Shown: piece after piece, positions 38,870 to 49,470 of the stretch
Position numbering within the stretch: position 1 is the stretch's first letter
Layout: every line of letters starts with the position of its first letter
Assembly (NCBI GenBank): GCA_050916045.1
Contig: CP051526.1
Location: forward strand, 2,976,001-3,040,000
Direction: 5' to 3'
DNA from: Tepidisphaera sp.
Lineage (GTDB): Bacteria > Planctomycetota > Phycisphaerae > Phycisphaerales > UBA1924
DNA: 64,000 nt
Made by a program: the position numbers and the translations under genes
Notes under the pieces: generated by a model
The model's input: only the letters and a program-made list of their open reading frames with translations
What the model was told of the DNA's origin: nothing
Database searches by the model: none

Positions 38870-40543
38870 ATGACTCCGCCATCTGTGACGGCACCGACCA
38901 ACCCCGAAGCACTCGCGCCCGCAACCTCCAAGGGCGGCGCGTCGCCCGCCCGCAAGCCCGCCCACTCCGCCATGCCCGCTCGCAAGCCCATGTCGCGCCC
39001 GACCAACGCTCCCGGCCCTCAGCCGGTCCAGAGCGGCGCGGCGTGGCCCGGCGCGTCCTGCAACGTCTACATGATCGGCATCGGCGGCTGCGGGATGAGC
39101 GGCCTCGCCCGCCTCCTCAAGACCCGGGGCGCGACCGTCTCGGGCACGGATCAGGCCCCGCAGGAATCGACCAAAGCCCTTGAAGCCGAGGGGATCAACG
39201 TCGGGTTCGAACAGAGCCTCCCCTGGCTCCCCGATGGGTGCGGCCTCGTCGTCATCTCCGCCGCCGTCAAGCCCGATCACCCGCAGGTCGCCGAAGCCCG
39301 CCGTCGGGGCGTGCCGGTCCTGACGTACGCCGAAGCTCTGGGCCGCTGCATGCTCGGCCGGACCGGGATCGCGGTGGCCGGGACGCACGGGAAGAGCTCG
39401 ACGACAGCCATGCTCGGGACGGTGCTCGTGGACTGCGGGATCGACCCGTCGGTGATCGTGGGCGCGACAAGCCGTCAGCTCGCCAAAGGGAACATCGGGT
39501 CGACCTCGGTGCTGGCCGGCCATCCCGCCACGGGGTTCCGCCTTGGAAGCTCGACGATCGTCGGGGGGGACTGGCGCGGGCTTCCGGGCGTCCTGGTCGC
39601 CGAAGCCTGCGAGTTCAACCGATCGTTCCACAACTTCCGCCCCACGCTAGCGTCGATCTCTTCGGTCGAAGCCGACCATCTGGACTGCTACAAGGACCTC
39701 GGCGAGATCATCGAGAGCTTCAGGCACTTTGTGTCGCTGCTGCCCGCTGAGAAGGATGGCGGCCGGCTTCTGATCGCCCATGACGGGGCCCACCGCCGCG
39801 AGGTGACGGCCGGAGCGACGTGTCGGGTTGAGACGATCGGGTTCAGCCCGCAGGCGGACTGGTCGCTGGCGTACGACCCCGCGACCCGCCGGGCTTCGCT
39901 GTCGCAGGACCGCAAGCTGATCGCTCAGTGGACGATGCGGGTCCCCGGTGCCCACATGGCGTTCAACGCGGGGGTGGCATTGACCCTCGCGACGTTCGTG
40001 GGTGCGGATCCGCGGGTGGCGGCGGCGAGCTTGTGCGAGTTCCGCGGGATCGACCGCCGGATGCAGTTCCTGGGCGAGAAGCAGGTTTCGGGCGGGACGG
40101 TGAGGGTGTACGACGACTACGGCCACCACCCGACCGAGGTGGATGTCACGCTCCGCGCGCTCAGGGACTTTGAGCGGCCGGAGGATCGCAAGGGGCGCTT
40201 GATCTGCGTCTTCCAGCCGCACCAGCACAGCCGGACCCGGCACCTGCTCGACGAGTTCGTCAAGAGCTTTGACACCGCGGACGTCGTGATCGTGCCGGAG
40301 ATCTACTTTGTACGCGACAAAGCCGAGGAACGGCATCTCGTGACGGCGGCGGACCTGGTCGACCGGCTCCGGGAGCGCGGCGTGAAAGCCATGCACGTGC
40401 ATCCCTTCGGGGCGATCGTCGAGACGCTCGCGGACCTCTGCCGTGCGAACGATCTGGTCGTGACGATGGGCGCGGGGCCGGTGTACAAGGTCGCGGAGGA
40501 GTATATCGCGGCCGGGAGCCCCAAAGGCGGAGCCCGTCCATGA
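38870..40543 (+). CDS. murC: UDP-N-acetylmuramate--L-alanine ligase
   Basis: IGIGGCGMSGLA, AGTHGKSSTT, EACE, EADHLD, DDYGHHPTEV, FQPHQHSRT, MGAG. Confidence 0.96.
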   Translation: MTPPSVTAPTNPEALAPATSKGGASPARKPAHSAMPARKPMSRPTNAPGPQPVQSGAAWPGASCNVYMIGIGGCGMSGLARLLKTRGATVSGTDQAPQESTKALEAEGINVGFEQSLPWLPDGCGLVVISAAVKPDHPQVAEARRRGVPVLTYAEALGRCMLGRTGIAVAGTHGKSSTTAMLGTVLVDCGIDPSVIVGATSRQLAKGNIGSTSVLAGHPATGFRLGSSTIVGGDWRGLPGVLVAEACEFNRSFHNFRPTLASISSVEADHLDCYKDLGEIIESFRHFVSLLPAEKDGGRLLIAHDGAHRREVTAGATCRVETIGFSPQADWSLAYDPATRRASLSQDRKLIAQWTMRVPGAHMAFNAGVALTLATFVGADPRVAAASLCEFRGIDRRMQFLGEKQVSGGTVRVYDDYGHHPTEVDVTLRALRDFERPEDRKGRLICVFQPHQHSRTRHLLDEFVKSFDTADVVIVPEIYFVRDKAEERHLVTAADLVDRLRERGVKAMHVHPFGAIVETLADLCRANDLVVTMGAGPVYKVAEEYIAAGSPKGGARP

Positions 40544-41475
40544 GCCCGGCTTCATTCATGGCGACCGAACCCACGATTCTGCGGCGGCACCCGATCACGA
40601 CCTGGTTCAAGATCGGCGGCGGCGCGGACTTGTTCGCCCGGCCGAAAGATGCGGGACAGCTCGCGCGGCTGATGGAGACGCACCCTGATGTGCGGGTGCT
40701 CGGGGACGGCGCGAACCTTCTGATTGATGACGACGGCGCTCCCGGGCTCGTGGTCGAGCTCAGCGAGCCGGCGTGGACCAAGGTCGAGATCGACGCTTCG
40801 ACCGGCACGGTGCGGGTCGGCGCGGGAGCAAAGCTCCCGCAACTCATCCACCAGACCGTGCGGGCGGGTTTGGGCGGATTGGAAGTCCTGGGCGGGATCC
40901 CGGCGACGGTGGGCGGGGCTTTGGTAATGAACGCGGGCGGCGCGTTCGGGCAGATCGCCGATGCGGTGGCGGTCGTGCGCGGAGTGAACCGCGCCGGGCA
41001 GCCGGTTGAGCTCAAGCGGAGCGAGATCGCTTTCGGGTACCGCAAGTCGGGCCTGAACGACCTGATCCTGACCGAAGCGGAGCTCGCGCTCACGCCGGGA
41101 GACTCGGGAGACCTTCGTCGCCGGCTGCTTGAGATCATGGAGTACAAGAAGAACAGCCAGCCGATGGCGGCCAACAGCGCCGGCTGTGCGTTCAAGAACC
41201 CGACGCTGGCGGAAACCGTCGAGGGGATCGGGGCGGCTGGAGCTCGCGTGTCGGCCGGGATGGTCATCGACCGGGCTGGGCTCAAGGGCTTGCGTGTGGG
41301 CGGAGCGGAAGTAAGCCCGGTGCACGCGAACTTCCTCGTGACGCACCCGGGAGCGTCCGCGTCCAACGTGATCTCGCTGATGAACGAGATCGTCCGCCGC
41401 GTGCACGACCGGTTCGGCGTGACGCTTCAGCCCGAGGTCGTCGTGTGGTCCAAGCACGAGATCGCGCTGGGGTAG
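40540..41475 (+). CDS. murB: UDP-N-acetylmuramate dehydrogenase
   Basis: FKIGGGA, LGDGANLL, GIPATVGGALVMNAG, SAGCAFKNP, HANFLV. Confidence 0.96.
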   Translation: MSPASFMATEPTILRRHPITTWFKIGGGADLFARPKDAGQLARLMETHPDVRVLGDGANLLIDDDGAPGLVVELSEPAWTKVEIDASTGTVRVGAGAKLPQLIHQTVRAGLGGLEVLGGIPATVGGALVMNAGGAFGQIADAVAVVRGVNRAGQPVELKRSEIAFGYRKSGLNDLILTEAELALTPGDSGDLRRRLLEIMEYKKNSQPMAANSAGCAFKNPTLAETVEGIGAAGARVSAGMVIDRAGLKGLRVGGAEVSPVHANFLVTHPGASASNVISLMNEIVRRVHDRFGVTLQPEVVVWSKHEIALG

Positions 41476-41521
41476 GGACGAACGATGCGGCCGAACGAGC
41501 CGCGTGAGAGGATCTGGCGAC

Positions 41522-42481
41522 ATGGAACAGAAGCACTCGGTGCTGGTGCTTGGCGGCGGTCCGGACGCCGAACGCGAGGTCAGCCTCGTCAGTTCGCGCT
41601 GCGTCGCCAAAGCCCTGGTGGAAGCCGGGCACGAGGTCAATTACCAGGTGATCGACCGGCCGAATCTGGATGAGCTCAGCCGCTGGGGCGGTTCGGTCGT
41701 GTTTCCAGTGCTTCACGGCGGATGGGGCGAGGGAGGCCCGCTCCAGGACCTGCTCGAACGCGGCAAGCGGCCGTATGTCGGGTGTCGCGGCCCGGCGGCG
41801 AGGCTTGCGATGGACAAGATCGCGACCAAGCTGGTTGCGGCGCAGAAGGGGGTCCCGACCGCCGCGTGCGCGGTCTTCAACCCGCGAGATGACGGCTGCC
41901 CGCTGGGCGAGATGCCCGTCGTGCTCAAGCCCGTACACGAAGGCTCGAGCGTCGGGGTCCACATCTGCAAGACCGGCGTCCAGTGGTCGGACGGGGTCGC
42001 GGCTGTTCGCGAGGACCTGCGTCGGCATCCGGAACGGGCCTATCTGGTCGAACGGGCCGTGCTCGGTGCCCGGGAACTGACCATCGGCGTCATGGGCAAT
42101 CGCGGGGGCGGGTCGGAGGTGCTGGATCCGGTTGAGATCAAGCCCGCCGTCGAGTTCTACGACTACCAAGCCAAGTACAACCGCGACGACACGCGGTACA
42201 CGGTTGACCCGCCCCTGCCGGCGGGCGTCAAGGAACGGGTTCAGGGCTGGGCGAAGACGATGTTCGAAGCTCTGGGTTGCCGACATCTCGCCCGGGTGGA
42301 CTTTCTGCTCGCAGCGGACGGGTCGGCGTGGCTTCTGGAAGCCAACACGATGCCGGGATTCACTGACCACTCGCTTTTCCCGATGGCGGCCGCCCACCGC
42401 GGGATGACGATGCCGGCGCTCTGCTCGCACCTGGTTTCGCTCGCCGGGCAGGAGGCCTATGCCCGGGGCGGGTACGCGTAA
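41522..42481 (+). CDS. ddl: D-alanine--D-alanine ligase
   Basis: GGPDAEREVSL, LHGGWGE, MDK, EGSSVG, FYDYQAKY, RVDF, LEANTMPGFT. Confidence 0.96.
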   Translation: MEQKHSVLVLGGGPDAEREVSLVSSRCVAKALVEAGHEVNYQVIDRPNLDELSRWGGSVVFPVLHGGWGEGGPLQDLLERGKRPYVGCRGPAARLAMDKIATKLVAAQKGVPTAACAVFNPRDDGCPLGEMPVVLKPVHEGSSVGVHICKTGVQWSDGVAAVREDLRRHPERAYLVERAVLGARELTIGVMGNRGGGSEVLDPVEIKPAVEFYDYQAKYNRDDTRYTVDPPLPAGVKERVQGWAKTMFEALGCRHLARVDFLLAADGSAWLLEANTMPGFTDHSLFPMAAAHRGMTMPALCSHLVSLAGQEAYARGGYA

Positions 42482-42569
42482 CGGGCAAGCGGCTTAGAAT
42501 GGCTGACGCCGAACGGACTCGGCGTTTGGGGACGGGCTCGGGCGACGGGGTGGGATGAGGAAGTGCGCG

Positions 42570-43799
42570 ATGGACCCACGGATGAATCCAGCCGACGACG
42601 CCGCTTTGGAAGCTCTGGACGAGACGGCGGAAGCGTCGCCTCTCGACGCTGATTCTTCAGCGGAAACCGCGCCGGCGAAGCCACCCTTCGCGTGGGGCAA
42701 GTTCTTCGGGTATCTCGGCAGCGTCGTCGTTGTCGCCATGCTCGGCGGCATCGGTGCCGCGATCTACTGGGGCTGGACGCCGCTTGAGCGGCGCACCCGC
42801 GAGGTGGTCGATACCAAGATCACGCGGATCGAGATCGAGTGGCCCAGGATCGGCGCTCAGCCTGCGGCGACCAAGCCCGCCACCGGCAACGCTTCGGTCC
42901 CGCTGCCGGGCTCCTCGCACGACATCGTCGCCGCCGAACAGCCCAAGAAGAACGACCCCAAATCCAAGAACACCAAGAAGTCCTCCGGCAAGACCACCGC
43001 GAAAGCCGAGGTCAAGCCTGAGCAGAACCTGCCTTGGTCCACGCCAACCTCCGCAACGACCTGGCTTCCCGAACAGTTCCAGGAGGAACTGCTCGAGAAG
43101 GCCCGTTGGGCTCTGGGCACCAATCCCGACCCGATGAGCCGAGAGCCCCTGCTTTCCGTCGCCGACTCGATGGAGCGCTCCGGCTGGTTCGTCGGTCGTC
43201 CGCTGGTCGAGCGGCAAGCCGGCGGCGTGCTCGTCGTTCGCGGCACCTGGCGTGTCCCTGCGGCGGTCGTCCGCCAGGGACCCAAGGACTTCCTGCTCTC
43301 GTGGGAAGCGACGCCGATGCCGGTCGACTACAAGACCGATCAGTCCAAGCTTCCCGCGATCGTCGGCGTGATCGCTCCCCCTCCGGTGGACGCCAACGGA
43401 CGCGATTACTCGGCTATCTGGCCGGGCGAAGAGGTTGACGCCGCGATGGAGCTGCTCCGCGTGCTTGCGCTCGAGCCCTGGTACGCGCAGGTCGCGGGGG
43501 TGGATGTCTCGAAGTACCGCGAGAACAAGCGTCTCACGATCCTGACGCGCGGCGTGAACGGGGATGGTTCCTTTGGACGCATCATCTGGGGCGGCCGCGC
43601 CAGCCGCCCGCTCGTCGGCGAAGCGTCGACCAAAGCCAAGATTTCCCGTATCGCGGGGATCAACCGTTCCTTCGGCCGCATCGACGCGGGCCTGGACGGC
43701 GCCGCGAAGGAGCTTGAGATCTTCTGGGGCCAGGGCCCGCTGGTGCTGAATGTCGCCGCGACCAACACCGGCGCGCTGGTCGAGGTCCCGACGCCGTGA
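42570..43799 (+). CDS. Divergent FtsQ/DivIB-like bitopic membrane protein
   Basis: Lies after ddl; single TM; SGWFVGRP..WRVPAAVV and IIWG resemble an FtsQ layout. Start uncertain (42555/42570). Confidence 0.6.
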   Translation: MDPRMNPADDAALEALDETAEASPLDADSSAETAPAKPPFAWGKFFGYLGSVVVVAMLGGIGAAIYWGWTPLERRTREVVDTKITRIEIEWPRIGAQPAATKPATGNASVPLPGSSHDIVAAEQPKKNDPKSKNTKKSSGKTTAKAEVKPEQNLPWSTPTSATTWLPEQFQEELLEKARWALGTNPDPMSREPLLSVADSMERSGWFVGRPLVERQAGGVLVVRGTWRVPAAVVRQGPKDFLLSWEATPMPVDYKTDQSKLPAIVGVIAPPPVDANGRDYSAIWPGEEVDAAMELLRVLALEPWYAQVAGVDVSKYRENKRLTILTRGVNGDGSFGRIIWGGRASRPLVGEASTKAKISRIAGINRSFGRIDAGLDGAAKELEIFWGQGPLVLNVAATNTGALVEVPTP

Positions 43800-44692
43800 A
43801 CAGCGCCGCGAATTCCGGCGAGTTCGCGACCCCCGGCTCTTCGCGGCCTGGCGAGCGTTCAAGCGTGGAATCCGCGATCGACGAAGCGAGTCTGCACGAT
43901 TCGACCGAGATGGGCCATGCGCCCCCGCCGGATGCCCCGCTTCCGGAGCTGACCCCGCCGACGCGGGTGGACAAGTGGGCCCATCGCCGGGTGGAGCCGC
44001 GCGGCCTCGCGCTGGTCTGGACGCTTTACCTGCTGGGCGTGACGATGGTCTGCTTCTGGACGCCGGCGCTGTCGACGGGGCTTGACGCTTTGTCGGGGCG
44101 GTACTCGGCGCGGCTGGTGCTGGTGGCGGTGGGTTTCGGGATGGCGGTTCTGTGGCCGATGCTGCGGCTTTGCCAGACGTTTCCGAACGAGGGCGGCCTG
44201 CGGGGCGTGGGCAAGGACCTGGTGGTGATGATCATCCCGACGCAAGCGGTGATCTGGCCGCTGGCGTTTCTCGCGCTCTGGCCGCTTTCGGTCGCGGCGT
44301 GCGTTGCTGCGTCCTCGCTCGGCTGGACGCTTGTCGTCGGAGCGTTGCTTGCGATGGCGCTGGGTGGCGCGGGCCGCGAGCGTCAGCGCTCGTCGTTCAG
44401 GCGCATCGCGTGGATGGTGGTGATCCTGGCGGTCGCGGCGCGTCCTTCGGGCATGTACGTCCCCCCCATCGCGGTGGGCGATGTGCCGAGTTCGGACGTC
44501 GTGGACCTCTGGTCGATGCTCTCTGCGGTCTCGGCACCGCTGAGCATGACCGTCCCGCCTCAGGGCCGTGCCGAATGGCTCCTGCCGGGCCACTGGGCGG
44601 CGGTTGGCGTAACATGGGCGTTGGCGGGCGGTCTTTGGCTTGTTGCCGCCGCGCTGGTGGGCGGCGGCCCGGCCCGTCACCCGAAGGAATAG
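43796..44692 (+). CDS. Hypothetical polytopic membrane protein
   Basis: About six hydrophobic helices; coupled to the upstream gene. Confidence 0.75.
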   Translation: MNSAANSGEFATPGSSRPGERSSVESAIDEASLHDSTEMGHAPPPDAPLPELTPPTRVDKWAHRRVEPRGLALVWTLYLLGVTMVCFWTPALSTGLDALSGRYSARLVLVAVGFGMAVLWPMLRLCQTFPNEGGLRGVGKDLVVMIIPTQAVIWPLAFLALWPLSVAACVAASSLGWTLVVGALLAMALGGAGRERQRSSFRRIAWMVVILAVAARPSGMYVPPIAVGDVPSSDVVDLWSMLSAVSAPLSMTVPPQGRAEWLLPGHWAAVGVTWALAGGLWLVAAALVGGGPARHPKE

Positions 44693-44734
44693 GCCCGTGT
44701 GCGTCATGGTTGCGGGTTCGAGCAGGAGCAGTTC

Positions 44735-45205
44735 ATGGAGTTTGTGACCAAGGCCGAGAAGGAAGCGATCGAGGCGAAGCTGGCGGCTCTGGTCGCCAAC
44801 CGCCCGGTGATCTCGGCCAGAATCGCGACCGCACGCGAGCTCGGCGACCTCAAGGAAAACGGCGACTATCACGCCGCCCGCGAGCAGCAGGGCATGGAGG
44901 AAGCCGATATCCGCCGGCACCAGGAACGCCTCCAGAACCTCTCCGTCATCGACGAGAAGATGGCCAAAGCCGTCGAAGGCGTCGTCATGATGGGCTGCAC
45001 CGTCAAGCTCCGAGACCTCGCCCGCGGCGATGAGGACCTCTTCAAGATCGTCGGCGAAGCCAGCGAGCAGGACACCGGCGACATCACCGAGGTCACCCTC
45101 AACAGCCCCATGGGCGAAGCCCTCTTCAAAGCCAAGGTCGGCCAGGTCATCCGCGTCAACGCGCCACGCGGCCAGAAGCAGTTCGAGATCGTCGAGATCC
45201 TCTGA
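44735..45205 (+). CDS. greA: Transcription elongation factor GreA
   Basis: ARELGDLKENGDYHAARE, SPMGEAL, APRG; AGGAG SD. Confidence 0.95.
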   Translation: MEFVTKAEKEAIEAKLAALVANRPVISARIATARELGDLKENGDYHAAREQQGMEEADIRRHQERLQNLSVIDEKMAKAVEGVVMMGCTVKLRDLARGDEDLFKIVGEASEQDTGDITEVTLNSPMGEALFKAKVGQVIRVNAPRGQKQFEIVEIL

Positions 45206-45290
45206 ACCGCGATTTCGACCTCGCCCGAGATCACGCCGCCGATCTCTCGCTCAGGCCGGAGCCGCGCACGGATGTGCTAAACTGCTCCGC

Positions 45291-46292
45291 ATGACGAGCA
45301 AGCCCGTGGAACAAGAGTCCCGTCCGCCCCGCATCTGCGTCGTGGGGTCGGTCAACATGGACCTGGTCGTCCGCGCCCCGCGCATCCCCACGCCCGGCGA
45401 GACCGTGATGGGCCGGTCGTTCGAGACCTTCGCCGGCGGCAAAGGCGCGAACCAAGCCGTCGCGGCCCAGCGGCTTGGCGGAAGCGTCGCTCTTCTGGGG
45501 TGCATCGGCAACGAGTCGCACGGGCAGCAGCTCGCTCAGCTTCTTCACAAAGAGGGGGTCGACCTCTCGCGGATGCTCCAGCGGCGGGACAAGACGCCGA
45601 CCGGCGTGGCTTTGATCATCGTGGACGATTCCGGCGAGAACACGATCGTGGTCGCTCCGGGAGCCAACGCGACACTCACCGCCCGCGACATCGAGGATTC
45701 CCGCGATGTGATCGAGTCATGCGATGTGCTGCTGATGCAGCTTGAGGTGCCGATCGAAGCCGTCGCGGCGGCGGCGAAGATCGCGCAGGGCGCGGGCAAA
45801 GCCGTCATCCTCAACGCTTCCCCGGCGCTTCCCCAGGCCCGCGAGGTCCTGCGGATGTGCGACCTGCTGATCGTCAACCGCACCGAAGCGGCGACCCTCG
45901 GCGGCCTCGAGCAGTACACCGAGCCGGGACGCTTGGCTCTCAGGCTCGGCGAAATCGGCCCCCCCACCATCGTGCTGACCTTGGGCGCTCAGGGCGCGAT
46001 CGTCGCCCACCGCGGCCGGCCCAAGCGCGTTCCGACGCTGAGCGTGAAAGCCGTCGACGCCGTCGGCGCGGGCGACGCGTTCACCGGTGCGATGGCGGTC
46101 GCATACGCGGCGGTGCACCACGCTTCCAAGACCCGCGGGCCCGAGGAATTCAGGCTTCTCGAGAAAGCCCTCGCGATGGCTTCGGCGGCCGGAGCCCTCG
46201 CGGCCGAGCGGGCGGGGGCGATCCCGTCGCTTCCTCGGCTTGAAGATGTGCTCCCGCGCGTGGCGGAGCTTGAGCGACAGATGCGGTTCTGA
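45291..46292 (+). CDS. rbsK: Ribokinase
   Basis: VVGSVNMDL, GGKGANQAVAA, QLEVP, DAVGAGDAF. Confidence 0.92.
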   Translation: MTSKPVEQESRPPRICVVGSVNMDLVVRAPRIPTPGETVMGRSFETFAGGKGANQAVAAQRLGGSVALLGCIGNESHGQQLAQLLHKEGVDLSRMLQRRDKTPTGVALIIVDDSGENTIVVAPGANATLTARDIEDSRDVIESCDVLLMQLEVPIEAVAAAAKIAQGAGKAVILNASPALPQAREVLRMCDLLIVNRTEAATLGGLEQYTEPGRLALRLGEIGPPTIVLTLGAQGAIVAHRGRPKRVPTLSVKAVDAVGAGDAFTGAMAVAYAAVHHASKTRGPEEFRLLEKALAMASAAGALAAERAGAIPSLPRLEDVLPRVAELERQMRF

Positions 46293-47117
46293 CTATTCGT
46301 TCAGGCCTTGCGTGCTCGCGGTCGCCCCACCCATGAACGCCCGCCTCGCGATGACGAAAAGCACCAGCACCGGGGCGACGGCGATCAGCGTTGCCGCCAT
46401 CGTCACGTTCCACTCCGCTCCGCCGTGCTGGCTTTGGTACATGTGCAAGCCGAGCGACACGGGGTACGTGTCCTGGTGGTTGAGGAAAAGCAGCGGGCCG
46501 AGAAAGTCGTTCCAGCTCGCGACGACCTGAAGCACCGCCACCACGCCCAGCACGGGCAGGGACGAGGGGAGGACGACCCGCCAGAAGACGCCGAACTCGG
46601 AACAGCCGTCGATGCGAGCCGCTTCGTCAAGCTCGCGCGGGATCGTCAGAAAGAACTGCCGCAGGAGGTAAATGCTGAACGCGCCGCCGAACCACGCGGG
46701 GACGATCAGCGGCAGAAACGTCCCGATCCAGCCGAAGGAGCGGAAGACGAGATACAGCGGCGCCATGATCACCGGGAACGGCACCATCAACGTCGCGAGC
46801 ACGACGACGAAGCACGCGTCCCGGTACTTCCAGCGAAGGCGGGCAAACCCGAACGCGACCACCGCCGACGCCAGCACCATCCCGATCGTCGAGAAGACCG
46901 CGATCACGACCGAGTTGTGCAGGTAAAGCGGAAAGTCCGCGACCGGGCTCGACCACGCTTCGGCAAACGCGGAGCCCGCCGCGCGAACGCCCGGTTCCCC
47001 GGGCTTGGAAGCGACGGGCTCCAAGGCTTTGACGATCATCGCGGCGAGCGGCAACCCAAACCCGGCAAGGGCCACGAGCAGCAAGGCGCCGATAGCGAGC
47101 GTGCGGAGGTGCTTCAT
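46293..47117 (-). CDS. Carbohydrate ABC transporter permease
   Basis: LLRQFFLTIPRELDEAARIDG, WNDFLGPL. Confidence 0.93.
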   Translation of the reverse strand: MKHLRTLAIGALLLVALAGFGLPLAAMIVKALEPVASKPGEPGVRAAGSAFAEAWSSPVADFPLYLHNSVVIAVFSTIGMVLASAVVAFGFARLRWKYRDACFVVVLATLMVPFPVIMAPLYLVFRSFGWIGTFLPLIVPAWFGGAFSIYLLRQFFLTIPRELDEAARIDGCSEFGVFWRVVLPSSLPVLGVVAVLQVVASWNDFLGPLLFLNHQDTYPVSLGLHMYQSQHGGAEWNVTMAATLIAVAPVLVLFVIARRAFMGGATASTQGLNE

Positions 47118-48043
47118 GCGCCCCTCGCATAGACCGCGCCGCGGGAGAGCCTTAGCACAATCGCTACCAGCGCGAGCGTCACCAGAAACTGGACCCACGC
47201 AAGGGCGCACGCGTACCCCATTCGCGAGAAGACAAACGCGTTGTTGTAGACGTGCATCGCGTAGGTCAGCGTCGCGTCGCCCGGGCCGCCCCGGGTCATG
47301 ACCAGCGGCACCGCGAACGCCTGGAGCGACCAGATCATCGACATGACGACGTTGAGCACGATCGCGGGCGAAATCATCGGGAGCGTGACGTTCACGAACC
47401 GGCCCCACGAGCCGCAGCCGTCGATCGTCGCGGCTTCGTAGAGCGCGGCGGGCACATTCCGAATCGCCGCGCCGTAGATCACGACGTACGTCCCCACGCC
47501 CCAGAGCGAGACCAGCACGATCGACACCATCGCCCACGCCGTGCTTCCAAGCCAGTCGATCGGGCTTAGCCCGAACACCGAAAGCACGGGCGTCAGCATC
47601 GCGTTGACCGGGCCCTTCTGTGTGTTCAAGGTCCAAAGCCACGCAAGAGCGGCGGCCACCACCGGCACCAGCGTCGGCGCGAAGGCGACGACCCGCGTCA
47701 GGCCCGCGAGCGGCGCCAGGCCACGCGTCCGCGCGGCCCGCTCGATCAACACCGCCGTCAGCACCGAGACGACGGTCGACAACGCCACCGTCATCGCGGC
47801 GTAGATCGCCGTGTTCCCCGCCGCTCGCCACAGCACCCGATCGGTCCACATCTCTCGGAAGTTGTCCAAGCCGATGAAGACGGGCTTCTCCAGCACCGAG
47901 TAGTCCGTCATCGCGTAGACCAGCGACAAGCAGACCGGAATGAGCATGAAGACCGTGAAACCGACGAAGAACGGCGCGACCCAGAGAAAGGGCCACGATC
48001 GGCGCGACCGTCGTGGACTCGATGTTGGGGACCTCTCACTCAC
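47114..48043 (-). CDS. Sugar ABC transporter permease
   Basis: FIGLDNF, LYEAATIDG, VTLPMISP, MGYACA. Confidence 0.93.
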   Translation of the reverse strand: MSERSPTSSPRRSRRSWPFLWVAPFFVGFTVFMLIPVCLSLVYAMTDYSVLEKPVFIGLDNFREMWTDRVLWRAAGNTAIYAAMTVALSTVVSVLTAVLIERAARTRGLAPLAGLTRVVAFAPTLVPVVAAALAWLWTLNTQKGPVNAMLTPVLSVFGLSPIDWLGSTAWAMVSIVLVSLWGVGTYVVIYGAAIRNVPAALYEAATIDGCGSWGRFVNVTLPMISPAIVLNVVMSMIWSLQAFAVPLVMTRGGPGDATLTYAMHVYNNAFVFSRMGYACALAWVQFLVTLALVAIVLRLSRGAVYARGA

Positions 48044-48074
48044 GCGCACATCCTACAAGCCGTCGACACCGTGC

Positions 48075-49418
48075 TCATCCGACTCCGCGCGACTTCCGCA
48101 TCGCCGCCATGATGAAATAGAACACCACCGCCGCCAGCAGCCAGCCGACGCTGATCATCGCCGGGTTCCGCATGCGTTCGGCGGCGAGGGCCCCGGTCAC
48201 AAGCCCGACCTCACCGAGAATGAAGAGGCCCGCGGCGATCCGCGAACCCGGGAGCGGCGGCTCCTCCGCTTTGAGAAGGTAGATCGAGGCCGCCGTCAGA
48301 AGAAAGAAGAGCCCGTCCATCACGACGACACCGGCGGTCACCTGATCCACACGCTTCTGTCCGAGCACCAGCAGGACCACCGCCGCGAGCCCGCCGAGCG
48401 CCGCGATCGCCGCGACCGGCGTCGCCGTCCTCGGATTCACCCGCGCGAAGACCTTCCAGAACAGACCATCGGCCGCGAGGGCTTGGATGAGCCGCGGGCC
48501 AGTGAGGAGCGCGGCGTTCAGCACGCCGAACGCCGAAACCGAGACTGCTCCCGCGATCGCTTGCTTGCCCCAGGCGGGAAAGACCGACCCCACCGCGTCC
48601 GCGGCGATGGACTTGCTCGACATGACGACCCCGATGCCAAGGAGCTTCAGGTACGCCCAGTTCACAAGCAGGTACACCGCGATCACGACCGCCGTCCCGG
48701 CGAGAATCGCGATCGGGAGCGTGCGCCTGGGGTTCTTCACCTCGCCGGAGATCCACAATCCCTGCTGCCACCCGCCGTACGCGAAGAACGCCGGCACCAG
48801 ACAGGCCATGAGAATCAACGGCACACTCTTGTCCGCCGCGAGCATCGGAGGAGGAGGAGGAGGCGGCGACGGCGTCGCGAACGCGGCCAGCGCGGCGACC
48901 GCGAGCAGCGCGATCACTTTCGCCGCGACCGTGAAGTTCTGCACCGCCGAGCCGAACTTCACGCCGATGATGTTGATCGCCGAGATCGCGAGAATCACCC
49001 CAGCGCCCATCAGATTCAGCGTCAGCTCCGGAAGGTCGTCGCGGCCCAGCGCCGTCGCCAGATTGTTCACGCAGATGACTGAGATCACGACGATCGCGCC
49101 CACTTGCACGAACGACGCGTTGCAGAACACAAAGACAAAGCCCGCCAGCGGCCCGAGCGGGCCGTACGAATCGCGCAGCACCTGGTACTGCGCCCCGACC
49201 CCGTACCGTCGCCGGCCAAGCTCCGCGAACGCGAGCGCCCCGCACATCGCGATCAGCCCCGCCAACGCCCACCCCGCCAGCGCCAGACCGGGCGTGCCCG
49301 CGATCTTGGCGACCTGGCCCGGGGACATGAAAATCCCCACGCCGATCACCGCTCCGATCACCACGCACGCGGTGTCGATAAGCCCAAGCGTCCGGGCGGG
49401 CTGAACCTGTTCACTCAT
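48075..49418 (-). CDS. APC family amino acid permease
   Basis: IGAVIGVGIF, GALAFAELG, FAYGGW, EVKNPRRTLP. Confidence 0.92.
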   Translation of the reverse strand: MSEQVQPARTLGLIDTACVVIGAVIGVGIFMSPGQVAKIAGTPGLALAGWALAGLIAMCGALAFAELGRRRYGVGAQYQVLRDSYGPLGPLAGFVFVFCNASFVQVGAIVVISVICVNNLATALGRDDLPELTLNLMGAGVILAISAINIIGVKFGSAVQNFTVAAKVIALLAVAALAAFATPSPPPPPPPMLAADKSVPLILMACLVPAFFAYGGWQQGLWISGEVKNPRRTLPIAILAGTAVVIAVYLLVNWAYLKLLGIGVVMSSKSIAADAVGSVFPAWGKQAIAGAVSVSAFGVLNAALLTGPRLIQALAADGLFWKVFARVNPRTATPVAAIAALGGLAAVVLLVLGQKRVDQVTAGVVVMDGLFFLLTAASIYLLKAEEPPLPGSRIAAGLFILGEVGLVTGALAAERMRNPAMISVGWLLAAVVFYFIMAAMRKSRGVG

Positions 49419-49470
49419 GGGCCGCAGCATACCGCACACGCGTTCCGCCCGTCTCGGATACGCTGCGGTC

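Noticed and set aside
48847..48866. (GGA)n run as a CsrA site or contingency repeat
   Set aside because: It is the antisense of a poly-proline codon run in the APC permease.
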